Source of the DNA: Microcoleus sp.
GTDB taxonomy: Bacteria > Cyanobacteriota > Cyanobacteriia > Cyanobacteriales > Microcoleaceae
DNA: 48,000 bases
Reading direction: 5' to 3'
Assembly (NCBI GenBank): GCA_042408215.1
Contig: JAYFMW010000005.1
Span: forward strand, 118,880 to 166,879
Position 1 is the first letter of the stretch. The number at the start of each line of letters is the position of its first letter. The translations under genes were made by a program, and so were the position numbers. The notes beneath the pieces were generated by a model, which did not search any database, was not told where the DNA came from, and worked only from the letters and a program-made list of their open reading frames with translations. Shown piece by piece: positions 17,600 to 27,165 of the stretch.

Positions 17600-18964
17600 G
17601 TGGAACTTGTCAATTTTCGCAACAAGGAATCTGGTGGTGCCGCTTCTCTGCGGAAAGAGATCAACGATCTTTCAATTATGTGGGCAATTTTGATCTATGC
17701 CGCCGCCTTCTTGCTGGGAAGCTTGCTAAGGGCCATCAGCACCTCAGAAGCAGGGATTCCGTCAGAGTTATTTCGAGCGATCGTCGTTGCGTGTCTAGCT
17801 GCTTCAACGTTTTATACTTACCTAGACATTGACTTTGCCGCCAGTAAACGCAAAGTAACTTCTACTGTGAAGTATCTAGTTTATGGCTGGATGGCTGTGC
17901 GATGGGCTGTTGGGCTTTCCTTAATATTTTCGGGATTTTTGTATCAAAGCCCCGCCGATTTGTACAAAGTTTTGTGGGTGCTGTTTTGGATGGTTCCGCC
18001 AGCCCTCACTTCCCCAGTTTTATCCGTGCTTTGGGGCGGTAATCTTTATCCGTCCGCTCTCTTGTCAAGAACGTTATCAATTGTTGCTCCCCTGGCTCTT
18101 CTGGCTACATTAAAGGTTGCCAATTTACCCATTAATGTTGATAGCCTGATCTTTTTCGGTGTCATTCTAATTCTAGGGCTAGCAATACCGGGTGCGATCG
18201 CCCAGTTTTGGCGTGACAAATCCTCGGTTGAATCAAACCACCACAGTAAAAACTGGAAATTCATCGGAGTGCTTGCTGTCGCATTCATGGCCTTGGTCAC
18301 AGGGTTTCAGTTTACTCCATCAACCTTCATTTCGGATATATTTTCTGCAACCGCTCCGAACCGCTCCCTAGCCTGTCTGCAACAACTGGCAATTGCCACC
18401 CTAGTCTTTGTCTCAATGCGCGTCTTGGCTGTATTAACCTCCGTATTGACAAAAGACAAGCTAAGCAAGGCAGAAGCTCAGGATGCTTATATCCTGCTTG
18501 TAAATCCCAACTTTTTCCTTTGGGCTGCTCTTTTCCTCGGAGTTAGTGCCACAATGCCGGAAGTGAAGTATGCTGTTTTTTGGGCAGCACTGGGATTTTT
18601 CTGCATTCCACTTGTCGAGCAGATATTGTTTATGACTTCATTCAGCAATGATATATTGAGAGAAACACTGCGCTCTTCGAGAGTGGCAACAGAAGATGTT
18701 AAAAAGCTTTTCCTCCAATTGGATACTGATGGAAGTAAGTCGCTCGCTCGCTCTGAGATTATGGAGTTGTTAGGGCTAATCGAAGATATGACAACAGGCG
18801 AACGTAGCTCTGAAGAAGTCAGGAAATACATCACTGATTATCTTTTTAACATTCTTGACAGCGATCTAAATGGCAGTGTTGATTTACAAGAGTTAGAAGA
18901 TTACATATCAACCTATGGGTTGGTTGCCAACCTTAACGTTGCTCAAACATCAACTTTGACTTAA
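17600..18964 (+). CDS. polytopic membrane protein with a C-terminal EF-hand pair
   Basis: I estimate about 10 hydrophobic helices by eye. Two canonical 12-residue EF loops are present: DTDGSKSLARSE and DSDLNGSVDLQE. The GTG start is only the first start codon after an in-frame stop at 17534. Confidence 0.7.
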   Translation: MELVNFRNKESGGAASLRKEINDLSIMWAILIYAAAFLLGSLLRAISTSEAGIPSELFRAIVVACLAASTFYTYLDIDFAASKRKVTSTVKYLVYGWMAVRWAVGLSLIFSGFLYQSPADLYKVLWVLFWMVPPALTSPVLSVLWGGNLYPSALLSRTLSIVAPLALLATLKVANLPINVDSLIFFGVILILGLAIPGAIAQFWRDKSSVESNHHSKNWKFIGVLAVAFMALVTGFQFTPSTFISDIFSATAPNRSLACLQQLAIATLVFVSMRVLAVLTSVLTKDKLSKAEAQDAYILLVNPNFFLWAALFLGVSATMPEVKYAVFWAALGFFCIPLVEQILFMTSFSNDILRETLRSSRVATEDVKKLFLQLDTDGSKSLARSEIMELLGLIEDMTTGERSSEEVRKYITDYLFNILDSDLNGSVDLQELEDYISTYGLVANLNVAQTSTLT

Positions 18965-19103
18965 TAAGTATGAAATCCTATTCAACCTTAAAGAATGATG
19001 ATGTCCGCTTATTTTTCCGACTGCTCTATGCAGGAATGCAAGAGTAAGGCTATTAGCTTGCGCCACACTTTGCGTGGCGCAGGTACTACTTTCAGGGGTG
19101 AAG

Positions 19104-20093
19104 ATGACAATTGAACTGAAACCATCACAGCAACAGATAGAGCGGACACCAGTTGCGATCGCGTCGCGACTCCAAGGAAGTATCGGACTAATTTCGTTAT
19201 TTCTCGCAATCCTTGCCTTATCATTTGCCGCCATTTTCATCAGATTGAGCGAACGGGAACTGGGTCCGGTTGCGACAATATTCAATCGCTTCTGGGTAGC
19301 CACTCTCATTTTAGGATTAGGGAATGCGATCAAAACCTTGAGCGAAAGAAACTCCCACGACTCCTCCCTCCAAAAGCAGCATTACACAGTCAGCGATTTA
19401 GTCTTGTTGCTAGTAATGAGTTGTTTTTTCTCAGGCACATTAATTACCTGGGCTTGGTCTCTAACTCAGACAAGTGTCGCTAACTCTAATCTGCTGCATA
19501 ACGTCACCCCACTGTTCACAACTCTGATGGGATGGCTGTTTCTAAGTCAATGTTTTGAGGGCAGATTTATTGTTGGCATGGTAATCGCCATCAGCGGATC
19601 AATCCTAATTGGACTAAGCGATTTGCAGGTAGCCAGCGAGCACTTCACAGGTGACTCGCTGGCCATGCTATCTGCTGTCTTGTCTGCCGCCAATCTGCTA
19701 TGTGTTGAAAAACTTCGCGCCAAGTTTTCAGCAACAACCATACTCTTTTGGTGTTCCTGCTTCGGGGCCTTGTTAACTTTTCCGATCGTTCTGCTCACAG
19801 AAAATGTACTTTTTCCCTATTCCTGGGCTGGGTGGTTGGCAATAGTTGCCCAAGCCTTGGTATGCCAAGTTTTGGGTCAAAGTCTTCAGGCTTATAACCT
19901 CAAAAGATTTTCCTCCGGGTTCGTTGCCGTGTGCTTGCTGCTCGATCCGGTGATTACTGCTATACTTGCCTGGATCATCTTTTCTGAAAGGTTAACTCCT
20001 CTGAACTTGTTGGCATTTTCTGTAGTTTTGACAGGCATATACCTGGCAAAGTCTAGCCAAGGATCCAACAAAGTAATCCCTTTTGAAAGTTAA
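19104..20093 (+). CDS. DMT superfamily (EamA-type) transporter
   Basis: Ten-helix pattern with duplicated EamA-like halves. I chose the ATG at 19104 over the GTG at 19074. Confidence 0.8.
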   Translation: MTIELKPSQQQIERTPVAIASRLQGSIGLISLFLAILALSFAAIFIRLSERELGPVATIFNRFWVATLILGLGNAIKTLSERNSHDSSLQKQHYTVSDLVLLLVMSCFFSGTLITWAWSLTQTSVANSNLLHNVTPLFTTLMGWLFLSQCFEGRFIVGMVIAISGSILIGLSDLQVASEHFTGDSLAMLSAVLSAANLLCVEKLRAKFSATTILFWCSCFGALLTFPIVLLTENVLFPYSWAGWLAIVAQALVCQVLGQSLQAYNLKRFSSGFVAVCLLLDPVITAILAWIIFSERLTPLNLLAFSVVLTGIYLAKSSQGSNKVIPFES

Positions 20094-20688
20094 AAGTCAA
20101 AAAATATTTCTGCTTTTTTCCTTGTTTAAGTAATGGAGGTCTTTTCTCTGGAAATCCTTGGGAAACAAATTAAGGAAACGCGACTTGATTCAAACATAAC
20201 TATGGCAGACATACCGCTGACTGGAATAGTCGATAATTGGTCGCAAAATCCCGGATCTGAAGAGTCATTTGGCATAAATTTAACTCTCAAGATTGACAGT
20301 CGCGGCAAAAAATGCTATAATTTTTGAGGCAATTCAAAAGCTACCTAATTCTCTTAATTCATGACCGATGTTTTGTTTGGTTGGACAGACTTTAACAGAA
20401 TGCTCGTGTTATTAATATTCGAGGAGTTAATAACAATCTGGATTTCTACTTTAACGATTGTGAAGAATTGAATTTAGCCATCTTGGCACTACTGGAAAAA
20501 GAGGGTATATATCTCCTAAATTTTTAATTTAGAACATACCTCGAAAGCTATCAGCAGACTTGGGAAAAAACTGGTAAAGCGATAAATAGACGTTGCACTT
20601 TCCCAGGGATAATGGAGCGCGCAGTTTCTCTGAATTACCAAAAACACCTTACTTGAGTACCTCCAAACTAGAATAGGAAACAAACAAA

Positions 20689-21006
20689 ATGAAGTTAGAC
20701 AAATTGGCTCTGGCACAAAATATGGCTTTTCTGATATCTATTCCGCCGCAAAGCAATTTAGCTAAATTACTGGCTTTTTGTTTGGCAACAAAGGCTAGAA
20801 AAAATACGAGCGGAACAGAAATCTTAAGGCTCACCTGTGATCTAATGGAAAACCCATCTAAATTGCCTTATTGGACGCAAGACGTGATGGGACTCGATTT
20901 AGATTACACTACTGAGGAGTGGAAAGCTTTAGGAGAAATGGGCATCAAGGATGCAGAGGGCTTTATGGCTACCCTGTGGCAAGAATTGGAAAATTTGAGT
21001 TTGTAA
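20689..21006 (+). CDS. hypothetical protein
   Basis: 105-aa ORF in an AT-rich stretch with no recognisable motif. Confidence 0.3.
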   Translation: MKLDKLALAQNMAFLISIPPQSNLAKLLAFCLATKARKNTSGTEILRLTCDLMENPSKLPYWTQDVMGLDLDYTTEEWKALGEMGIKDAEGFMATLWQELENLSL

Positions 21007-21086
21007 TTGCTTTTTTCAAAATCACCGGACAGGGATTTGAAGATTTCATAAGTTCTGTAAGAGTGTTCCCAGAAATAAAATGCCCT

Positions 21087-21151
21087 GTCATGCTGAACGG
21101 AGTGAAGCATCTTGGATATTTTCCACTACACTGCGTTTCGCTCAAAATGAC
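21087..21151. repeat. small imperfect palindromic element (GTCATGCTGAACGGAGTGAAGC ... GCGTTTCGCTCAAAATGAC)
   Basis: The arms are reverse-complementary with mismatches. It resembles the dispersed element that yields spurious ...HAERSEAS... peptides. Confidence 0.5.
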
Positions 21152-21267
21152 AATTCTGGATTATTTTTTATTTGGAATACTCTAAACAGTATTTATCATC
21201 TCTATAAAATATCAAAATTCCTGTCTAAAAACTTCAACCATTTATTCTTTGAATTCACATAAAAATT

Positions 21268-23268
21268 ATGTCTTTAAATGTTGAACTTTTAGAGCAAAGT
21301 TTCGATAAAGTTAAACCTCGTGCTAATGAATTTGCAGCCAGCTTCTACGAGAATCTTTTTAAAGCTCACCCAGAAGTGAAACCGCTATTTGCCAAGACTG
21401 ATATGGGAAATCAAGAGAAAAAGCTGTTAAATTCCCTGGTTTTGGTAGTAGAAAATCTCCGCAACCCAGAGGCTTTAGGGCCCGTGCTCAATGCTCTAGG
21501 AGGTAGACACGTCAGCTATGGAGCCATTCCCAAATATTATGGCCCTGTGGGGGAAGCTTTGCTGTTAACATTTGAGCAGTATCTTGCTGAAGATTGGACT
21601 CCTGAAGTCAAAAAAGCTTGGATAAATGCTTATAAAGCAATTGCTGCGTTGATGTTAAAAGGTGCCGGTGTAGATGCACCAACTAAAGTTAAATCAGAGA
21701 TAGCAGCCAATTCAAAGCAACAAGCAGCTACCCAACCAATTGAGCAAAAAATAGAGGAAATTCCACAAGTAGAACCAGCCGAGCAAATATTAACAGAAAT
21801 ACCAGAAGAAGCATCTTCAGAGTTACCTGTAGAGTTACTAGAAAGCAGTTTTGAAAAAGTTAAACCCCACGCGAATGAATTTGCAGCCAGTTTCTATGAA
21901 AATCTTTTTCAAGCTTACCCAGAAGTGAAACCACTGTTTACTAAAACAGATATGAAAAACCAAGAGAAAAAACTATTAAATTCCCTGGTTTTGGTAGTGG
22001 AAAATCTCCGCAACCCAGAGGCTTTAGCGCCTGTTCTCAAGGCTCTAGGAGCTAGACACGTCGGCTATGGAGCTATTCCGAAATACTATGGACCGGTGGG
22101 GGAAGCACTGCTGATGACATTTGAGCAGTATCTCCTTGAAGATTGGACTCCTGAAGTCAAAAAAGCTTGGCTAAATGCTTATAGAGCAATTACTGGGTTG
22201 ATGTTAAAAGGTGCGGGGGAAGAATCTTCACCTCAAGTTGTCCAAGCTGAGAAACCTGCTATTGTATCAAAACCTATCCAAGCTGAACCAAAAACTGCAA
22301 CTTTAGCAAAACCTTCAACATTAACAGCCGAAACCCCAAAAGAATCTCAGCTATTTCAGCCCACAGCAGAGCCAGAGAAAAAAGCTCTTATATCGGTTCA
22401 GTTAGATGGTAAAGTTTTCAATGACATTCTCAATAATTTTACCGTTAATTATCAGCAATTTCAGACCAAAATATCAGAACAGCCATTAAGTGAAGTCCTC
22501 AAACAAATTCCTAGTAAACTTATTGATGCTTTCTGGGAAGCACCAGTATGGTTAGTCGCTGTAGTTGCGGCAGTTCTGTTTACGGTAGTTATTGTAATTG
22601 TCGATGAGAACTCTTTACTTGCAGAAGTTTTGGGTGCTACTGAGACTATCAGTGTAGTCGTGGCGCTAGTTCTATTCATTAAAGAAGCTCCCGATCGCCG
22701 AAAACAATTTCACTACCAAGCTTGGAGTATAGTTGATGCAGCACACAATGTTAAAGTTAGTTATGCCAGAATTTTGGCCCTGCAAGATTTGAATGAGGAT
22801 GGTGTTTCTTTGAGAGGTTTGGATGCTCCTGGTGCGGAGTTAGTAGATATTAATCTCTCCCATGCTAATCTCAATAAAGCCAATTTGATGGAAAGCGACT
22901 TGAGTAATGCTAATTTGAGCTATGCCAATTTAGATAATGCTAATCTCAGTCAGAGTCAACTTAGTGGTGCAGATTTAAGTCATGCAAAACTGGGTTTTGC
23001 TCGCTTGAGTCAGGCTAATCTGAGTAGTGCTAATCTCAGTAGTGCTAATTTGATTTGTGCAGATTTGAGTAATGCCAACCTGAGTGGTGCAAATTTGAGA
23101 GATGCTAGTTTGAGTGGTGCTAACATGGAGGGAGCTTATCTAACTGGTGCTAATCTCAAAAATGCTAAAGTGAGCGATTATGAACTGAGTAGTGCTTTTC
23201 TGGAAGGTGCGATTATGCCTAATGGATCAAAGTATAAGTCTCTGGAAGATGGGGGCACAAACAAATAA
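21268..23268 (+). CDS. tandem di-globin / transmembrane / pentapeptide-repeat protein
   Basis: Two ~135-aa domains resemble Vitreoscilla-type 3/3 globins (SFYENLFKAHPEVKPLF, GGRHVSYG with the proximal His, YYGPVGEALL, AWINAYKAI). They are followed by P/E/Q-rich linkers, two hydrophobic helices and about 35 A(N/D)LSx pentapeptide repeats. Confidence 0.85.
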   Translation: MSLNVELLEQSFDKVKPRANEFAASFYENLFKAHPEVKPLFAKTDMGNQEKKLLNSLVLVVENLRNPEALGPVLNALGGRHVSYGAIPKYYGPVGEALLLTFEQYLAEDWTPEVKKAWINAYKAIAALMLKGAGVDAPTKVKSEIAANSKQQAATQPIEQKIEEIPQVEPAEQILTEIPEEASSELPVELLESSFEKVKPHANEFAASFYENLFQAYPEVKPLFTKTDMKNQEKKLLNSLVLVVENLRNPEALAPVLKALGARHVGYGAIPKYYGPVGEALLMTFEQYLLEDWTPEVKKAWLNAYRAITGLMLKGAGEESSPQVVQAEKPAIVSKPIQAEPKTATLAKPSTLTAETPKESQLFQPTAEPEKKALISVQLDGKVFNDILNNFTVNYQQFQTKISEQPLSEVLKQIPSKLIDAFWEAPVWLVAVVAAVLFTVVIVIVDENSLLAEVLGATETISVVVALVLFIKEAPDRRKQFHYQAWSIVDAAHNVKVSYARILALQDLNEDGVSLRGLDAPGAELVDINLSHANLNKANLMESDLSNANLSYANLDNANLSQSQLSGADLSHAKLGFARLSQANLSSANLSSANLICADLSNANLSGANLRDASLSGANMEGAYLTGANLKNAKVSDYELSSAFLEGAIMPNGSKYKSLEDGGTNK

Positions 23269-24014
23269 ATTGATGCCAGCTTTTTTACGATATTTTTGTC
23301 TGGTTTTATACTAAAAGGTGACGAACCCTTTAGTATACAAGCTTTGGCTTACTGAAATGCGATCGCCAACGGTGAGAGATTACCCTTTAATTCTAATTCT
23401 TAGGCCATGAGAAAAATTAGGGGCCATGAGAGAAATGAGGCAAATAATATCAGGAAAATTCCTATGCAATTACTTAAGCGATTAAGTATAAAGACAAAAC
23501 TCATAGTCATGTTACTGGTAGTGAGCATTTGCGCTATGCTCGCAAGCACCTTGCGCGAAGCAAATCGGTAAGTATGACCGGCAGATGTTTCGTCCAATAC
23601 TGAGATTGATTGCCAATGATGATATTGAAGTAAATTGCTATCAATTAACCCAAAAAACCAGAATTTAAGTAATATTTGACGCTCGAAAAACAGCAAATTT
23701 ACGCTTCGATCCACCCAAAAAATTGGCAGTTTCCAATGAATTATTGTGAGTTTTGAGTGTCATTTGTTGCGAATTTAAATTGCATATTTCACTACTACTT
23801 GCATATAGTTTCAGGATAGCGGGGCGTAGATATAATGACTTATATTTTCACAGTATATCCTAATTTAACATCGGAAACTCTAGTAAATTTACGGATTTAC
23901 AATACCGCGAGTCAGCTTGAATCTGTATCTCAAGATGTTGTTTTCGTTAAGGGCTGCTACACACGAAAAAAAACTCACTGTTGTGGGTGAAGCCTTTCAA
24001 AACAGGAATATCTA

Positions 24015-24631
24015 ATGAACATGAAATATGTACTGACCGCTATCCTGGGAACATATTTAATATCCACATTCTCAGGAGCGACCGCTATGGCAGCCACAAT
24101 AGGAGGCACAATCAAAGTCAACGTCACTGGTGGGGACTTAGGGGGTGTTTACACGGGTGACTTTGCCTACGACGATACACATCTGACCAAAGTCGGCGAG
24201 GAATCCATGACCATCAATGGTGGAAATGGAGCTCGACCGGGACTGCTATCTCTGAACTTTAGATTTCTGGACTTTGCTACAGGTTTAACTCCTGTCACCT
24301 ATACGGCCAGTGATGATTTACCAACTTCCCAGACGCTCCTGTTTTGTTTTTCTGAGAACGGAATTCCCATCTCAATTTGCCTTGCAAGTTTTTTCTGAGG
24401 CGGAGTGGCTGGAAATGACGCATTTGGGTTCTGTAGATCCCAGGATATTTCTTTACGCCTTGCGAAATGGAACTATTGAAGGTGATGGGAGTCGTGACCT
24501 TAGAAATTAACGAATCTCCTCCTGAATCTACTCCCGTACCGGAGAACGCCTCCCCCTTCGCCTCATTGTTGGCTTTTTTGGGATTGGGTGGAGTTCACTC
24601 GTGGAGAAAGTCGAGAAAGGGAAACAAATAA
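24015..24631 (+). pseudogene. PEP-CTERM-tailed family paralog P5, inactivated by multiple frameshifts
   Basis: Signal peptide and N-terminal half are intact (24015-24398). 1-nt insertions relative to P4 occur at ttttcTgagaa and cccaTctcaattt. The C-terminal VPENASPFASLLAFLGLGGVHSWRKSRKGNK is readable only in a third frame. Confidence 0.8.
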
Positions 24632-24666
24632 TCATCTTTACCAACCTAACTTGAGAGGAATAGACA

Positions 24667-25064
24667 ATGACAGCGATAAATACTCCGTTTTTGGTGACAG
24701 GTGGCGAAACTAACAGACCACCTAGCAATGCTTTTAGTCCAAGTCAGCGTCAAATAAATATCCGTGCGTCCTTCTCCCTTCCCTCTGTCGAGCAATGGAG
24801 TGGTGAAAAAGTATGGTTGCTGATTCCTGGTTTCACAGCACCCAGCGATTCTTTTGATGCAAATCTGGCGACAGCCATTGATGATGCTAACCCAAACGAT
24901 ATAGTTTTAGCCATTGATTGGACTCAAGTGAGCGGTACCCCAACAAATGATGCAACAGCAGGGATATTGAGAGGAGACCTTTACAGGTCTGGTTCATGGA
25001 TTACCCCAGTCGCAACAGCAGTCCGAGACAAACTTGTTGAGTGGGGAATGCCAGCCACAGCACT
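24667..25064 (+). pseudogene. truncated N-terminal fragment of a second RTX-lipase copy
   Basis: MTAINTPFLVTGGETNRPPSNAFSPSQRQINIRA...VRDKLVEWGMPATA parallels 14692-15092. Similarity stops abruptly at ~25064, five nt before the sbnB-like stop codon. Confidence 0.8.
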
Positions 25065-25069
25065 GTTAT

Positions 25070-26092
25070 CTATATTTGTGTTGGTTCGTAAAAAAAATCT
25101 GGAATTGAAACAGTTGTTTTTTCCAAGACTGCTATTTGATATACATAATAACCAACAGCAAGATCAAGGATTCCCATACCAAAGGGCGAATATACGGTTG
25201 GCTTTTGTCTGTCTAAAGTGAGTTTTCCTTGAATAAGTTGATCGATAGTTCCTGTAACAAAATCTCGGTTTCCAACTTCTTGCTCAGTAAGATGCAAAGA
25301 TGTCGCAGATTTTAAACAGTGATCTACATCATCGACAATGTTGTTTGACTCAAGAATAATTTTTGATGATAAATCTCGCAAAGATAAATGCAAAATAATT
25401 GGATTGTGGGAAAAGATACTAATATCGTCAACATGTGGTGCATTAGCCGTTGTAGTAAAACTAATCAAATCACAAGATGAAATCAGGTTTTCTTTGGTCG
25501 ATGAGATTTGAACTTCCTTGATTCCTTTCTCTTGAGCATACTCTTTCATCGCCATACTGTACTCATCAGCTAAGTCAAACAAATCTAGTGCAGATATTGT
25601 CCAACCAGTATTTAGCAAAAATTTCAAGACATAACGAGCAATTAGTCCGCATCCAACAATCCCCAATCTTTTGACTGTTTTTGGTTCGATCAGATTTTGG
25701 GCGGCTAAAACTGCTGAAGCGGCGGTTCTAGAAGCACTGATAATCGAGCCTTCGAGACACGCTATTGGATATCCAGTTTCATAATCATTGAGAATAATCA
25801 CCGCAGATGCACGAGGGATTCCCTGCGCGATATTCTTGGGAAAACTGGCAATCCATTTGATCCCTGAGATATTAAAGTCTCCTCCCAAATGTGCAGGTAA
25901 AGCAATGATTCTCGCTTCTGGCTTTTCTGGATATTTCAAAAAATAACTATCTGGGTTTATGGTTTTTTTGGCTCCATGAGTAAGATATGCTTTTTGAACT
26001 AAATCAATTACATTTGCATAGTTACTTTGGAGTATTTCATTAACTATCGAACCAGAAATAACTGTAAAATTTTGCTCTATGGTGTTTGTCAT
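25070..26092 (-). CDS. sbnB: SbnB-like NAD-dependent ornithine-cyclodeaminase-family enzyme (L-2,3-diaminopropionate synthesis, second step)
   Basis: RIIALPAHLGGDFNISGIKWIASFP...RASAVIILNDYETGYPIACLEGSIISASRTAA...GIVGCGLIA closely parallels my recollection of S. aureus SbnB (RIIAMPSHIGGEHAISGIKWIGS...RASGVIILNDPETNYPIAVMEASLISSMRTAA). Confidence 0.85.
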   Translation of the reverse strand: MTNTIEQNFTVISGSIVNEILQSNYANVIDLVQKAYLTHGAKKTINPDSYFLKYPEKPEARIIALPAHLGGDFNISGIKWIASFPKNIAQGIPRASAVIILNDYETGYPIACLEGSIISASRTAASAVLAAQNLIEPKTVKRLGIVGCGLIARYVLKFLLNTGWTISALDLFDLADEYSMAMKEYAQEKGIKEVQISSTKENLISSCDLISFTTTANAPHVDDISIFSHNPIILHLSLRDLSSKIILESNNIVDDVDHCLKSATSLHLTEQEVGNRDFVTGTIDQLIQGKLTLDRQKPTVYSPFGMGILDLAVGYYVYQIAVLEKTTVSIPDFFYEPTQI

Positions 26093-26106
26093 GGAAGAAA
26101 TATTTA

Positions 26107-27165
26107 TTAGTCTTTTATTGACTTAAGGCAATTAGGAAAGCGTTCTGAAACCCACCGATCGTCATAAATTGTATCTAGGTAGCTCTCTCCTAAATCAGGA
26201 CTTATTGCTACTATACTTTTCGCTGCATCCAGTTTATGTGCATAAGCTTTGATGCCTGCCAAAACTGTTCCAGTCGAACCTCCGACTAAGAATGTTTTTT
26301 CGCGTAGTAAATATCGACACATTTTTATAGTGTCCTCTTCTTTAACTACTACAATATCATCAATTAGACTTTTATCAACCAATTCTGGTTTTCTACTTGT
26401 ACCTAGTCCTGGGATATATCTTTTACTAGAAGGTAAATCGAAAGTAACCGATCCAAAGGTATCAACTGCAATAACTTTTGTTTTTAGGTTGCGATCTCTA
26501 ATGTATTCAGCACATCCCATTAATGTACCTGTAGTACCTGCACCAATAAATAAGTAATCCACCTCTGAAAAGCTTTCAAATATTGAAGGTGCTGTACTCA
26601 AATAATGTGCATTTTTGTTCTCGCAATTCGCATATTGATTTAGCCAAAATAAATTTCTATCATCTTTAAGCAATTGCTTAATTAAATCAATTCGGCTGTT
26701 TAAAAATCCTCCATTTTTATCTCTATCTTTAACAATTATAAGTTTGGCTCCGAACAATTTTATATATTTCTCATTCCTAGACGAAATGTTTGGATCGCTG
26801 ATACAGGTAAAGCGATATCCTTTAGTCGAACAAGCTAGGCTAGCCGCCACTCCTAAGTTACCAGACGAAGATTCGATAATATGGGTACGATCCGGTGATA
26901 TCTCTCCTTTTTCTTCGAGAGCCTCTAGCATACGTATTGCAGGTTTTATTTTGATAGATCCTGCTGGATTAAATCCCTCAACCTTCAAAAATAGATCTGC
27001 TTTCAAAGACAAGAAATTGTTTAATTTACAAAAAACTTTGTCGAGAATCAGTTCCAAAGAATTTTCAGCAATCAAGGGAGATTTCATCAAAGCTGAGCTA
27101 GATGATTGGAAATTCCCAGACAAAATTAAGGGTGTTTCCGTATCTGGTACATCGTAAAGATTCAT
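26107..27165 (-). CDS. sbnA: SbnA-like PLP-dependent enzyme of the cysteine-synthase fold (L-2,3-diaminopropionate synthesis, first step)
   Basis: FNPAGSIKIKPA (PLP lysine region), IESSSGNLG, GGFLNSRIDLIKQLL, WLNQYAN, IPGLGTSRKPE, VGGSTG and ISPDLGESYLDTIYDDRW parallel my recollection of S. aureus SbnA (IESTSGNLG, WINQYAN, LPGIGASRVPE, AGGSTG, ILPDRGDRYLDLVYSDTW). Confidence 0.85.
   Translation of the reverse strand: MNLYDVPDTETPLILSGNFQSSSSALMKSPLIAENSLELILDKVFCKLNNFLSLKADLFLKVEGFNPAGSIKIKPAIRMLEALEEKGEISPDRTHIIESSSGNLGVAASLACSTKGYRFTCISDPNISSRNEKYIKLFGAKLIIVKDRDKNGGFLNSRIDLIKQLLKDDRNLFWLNQYANCENKNAHYLSTAPSIFESFSEVDYLFIGAGTTGTLMGCAEYIRDRNLKTKVIAVDTFGSVTFDLPSSKRYIPGLGTSRKPELVDKSLIDDIVVVKEEDTIKMCRYLLREKTFLVGGSTGTVLAGIKAYAHKLDAAKSIVAISPDLGESYLDTIYDDRWVSERFPNCLKSIKD

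Noticed and set aside
20100-20700. Small ORFs (60-66 aa) in the AT-rich stretch after the EamA gene, including a weak HTH-like LGKQIKETRL segment
   Set aside because: The ORFs overlap each other on opposite strands. The similarity to XRE-type HTH is limited to a few residues. No start or RBS support is visible.
23464-23580. 39-codon ORF MQLLKRLSIKTKLIVMLLVVSICAMLASTLREANR*, resembling the N-terminal membrane anchor of a sensor or cyclase protein
   Set aside because: It is too short and stops immediately. No downstream frame continues with a recognisable domain, so it is probably a gene fragment. The overlapping 104-aa minus-strand ORF (23400-23714) has no support either.
24667-25221. The 184-aa ORF as an intact small lipase-like protein
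   Set aside because: Only residues up to ~EWGMPATA are homologous to the lipase. The remaining ~50 codons are the antisense strand of the sbnB-like gene's 3' end.
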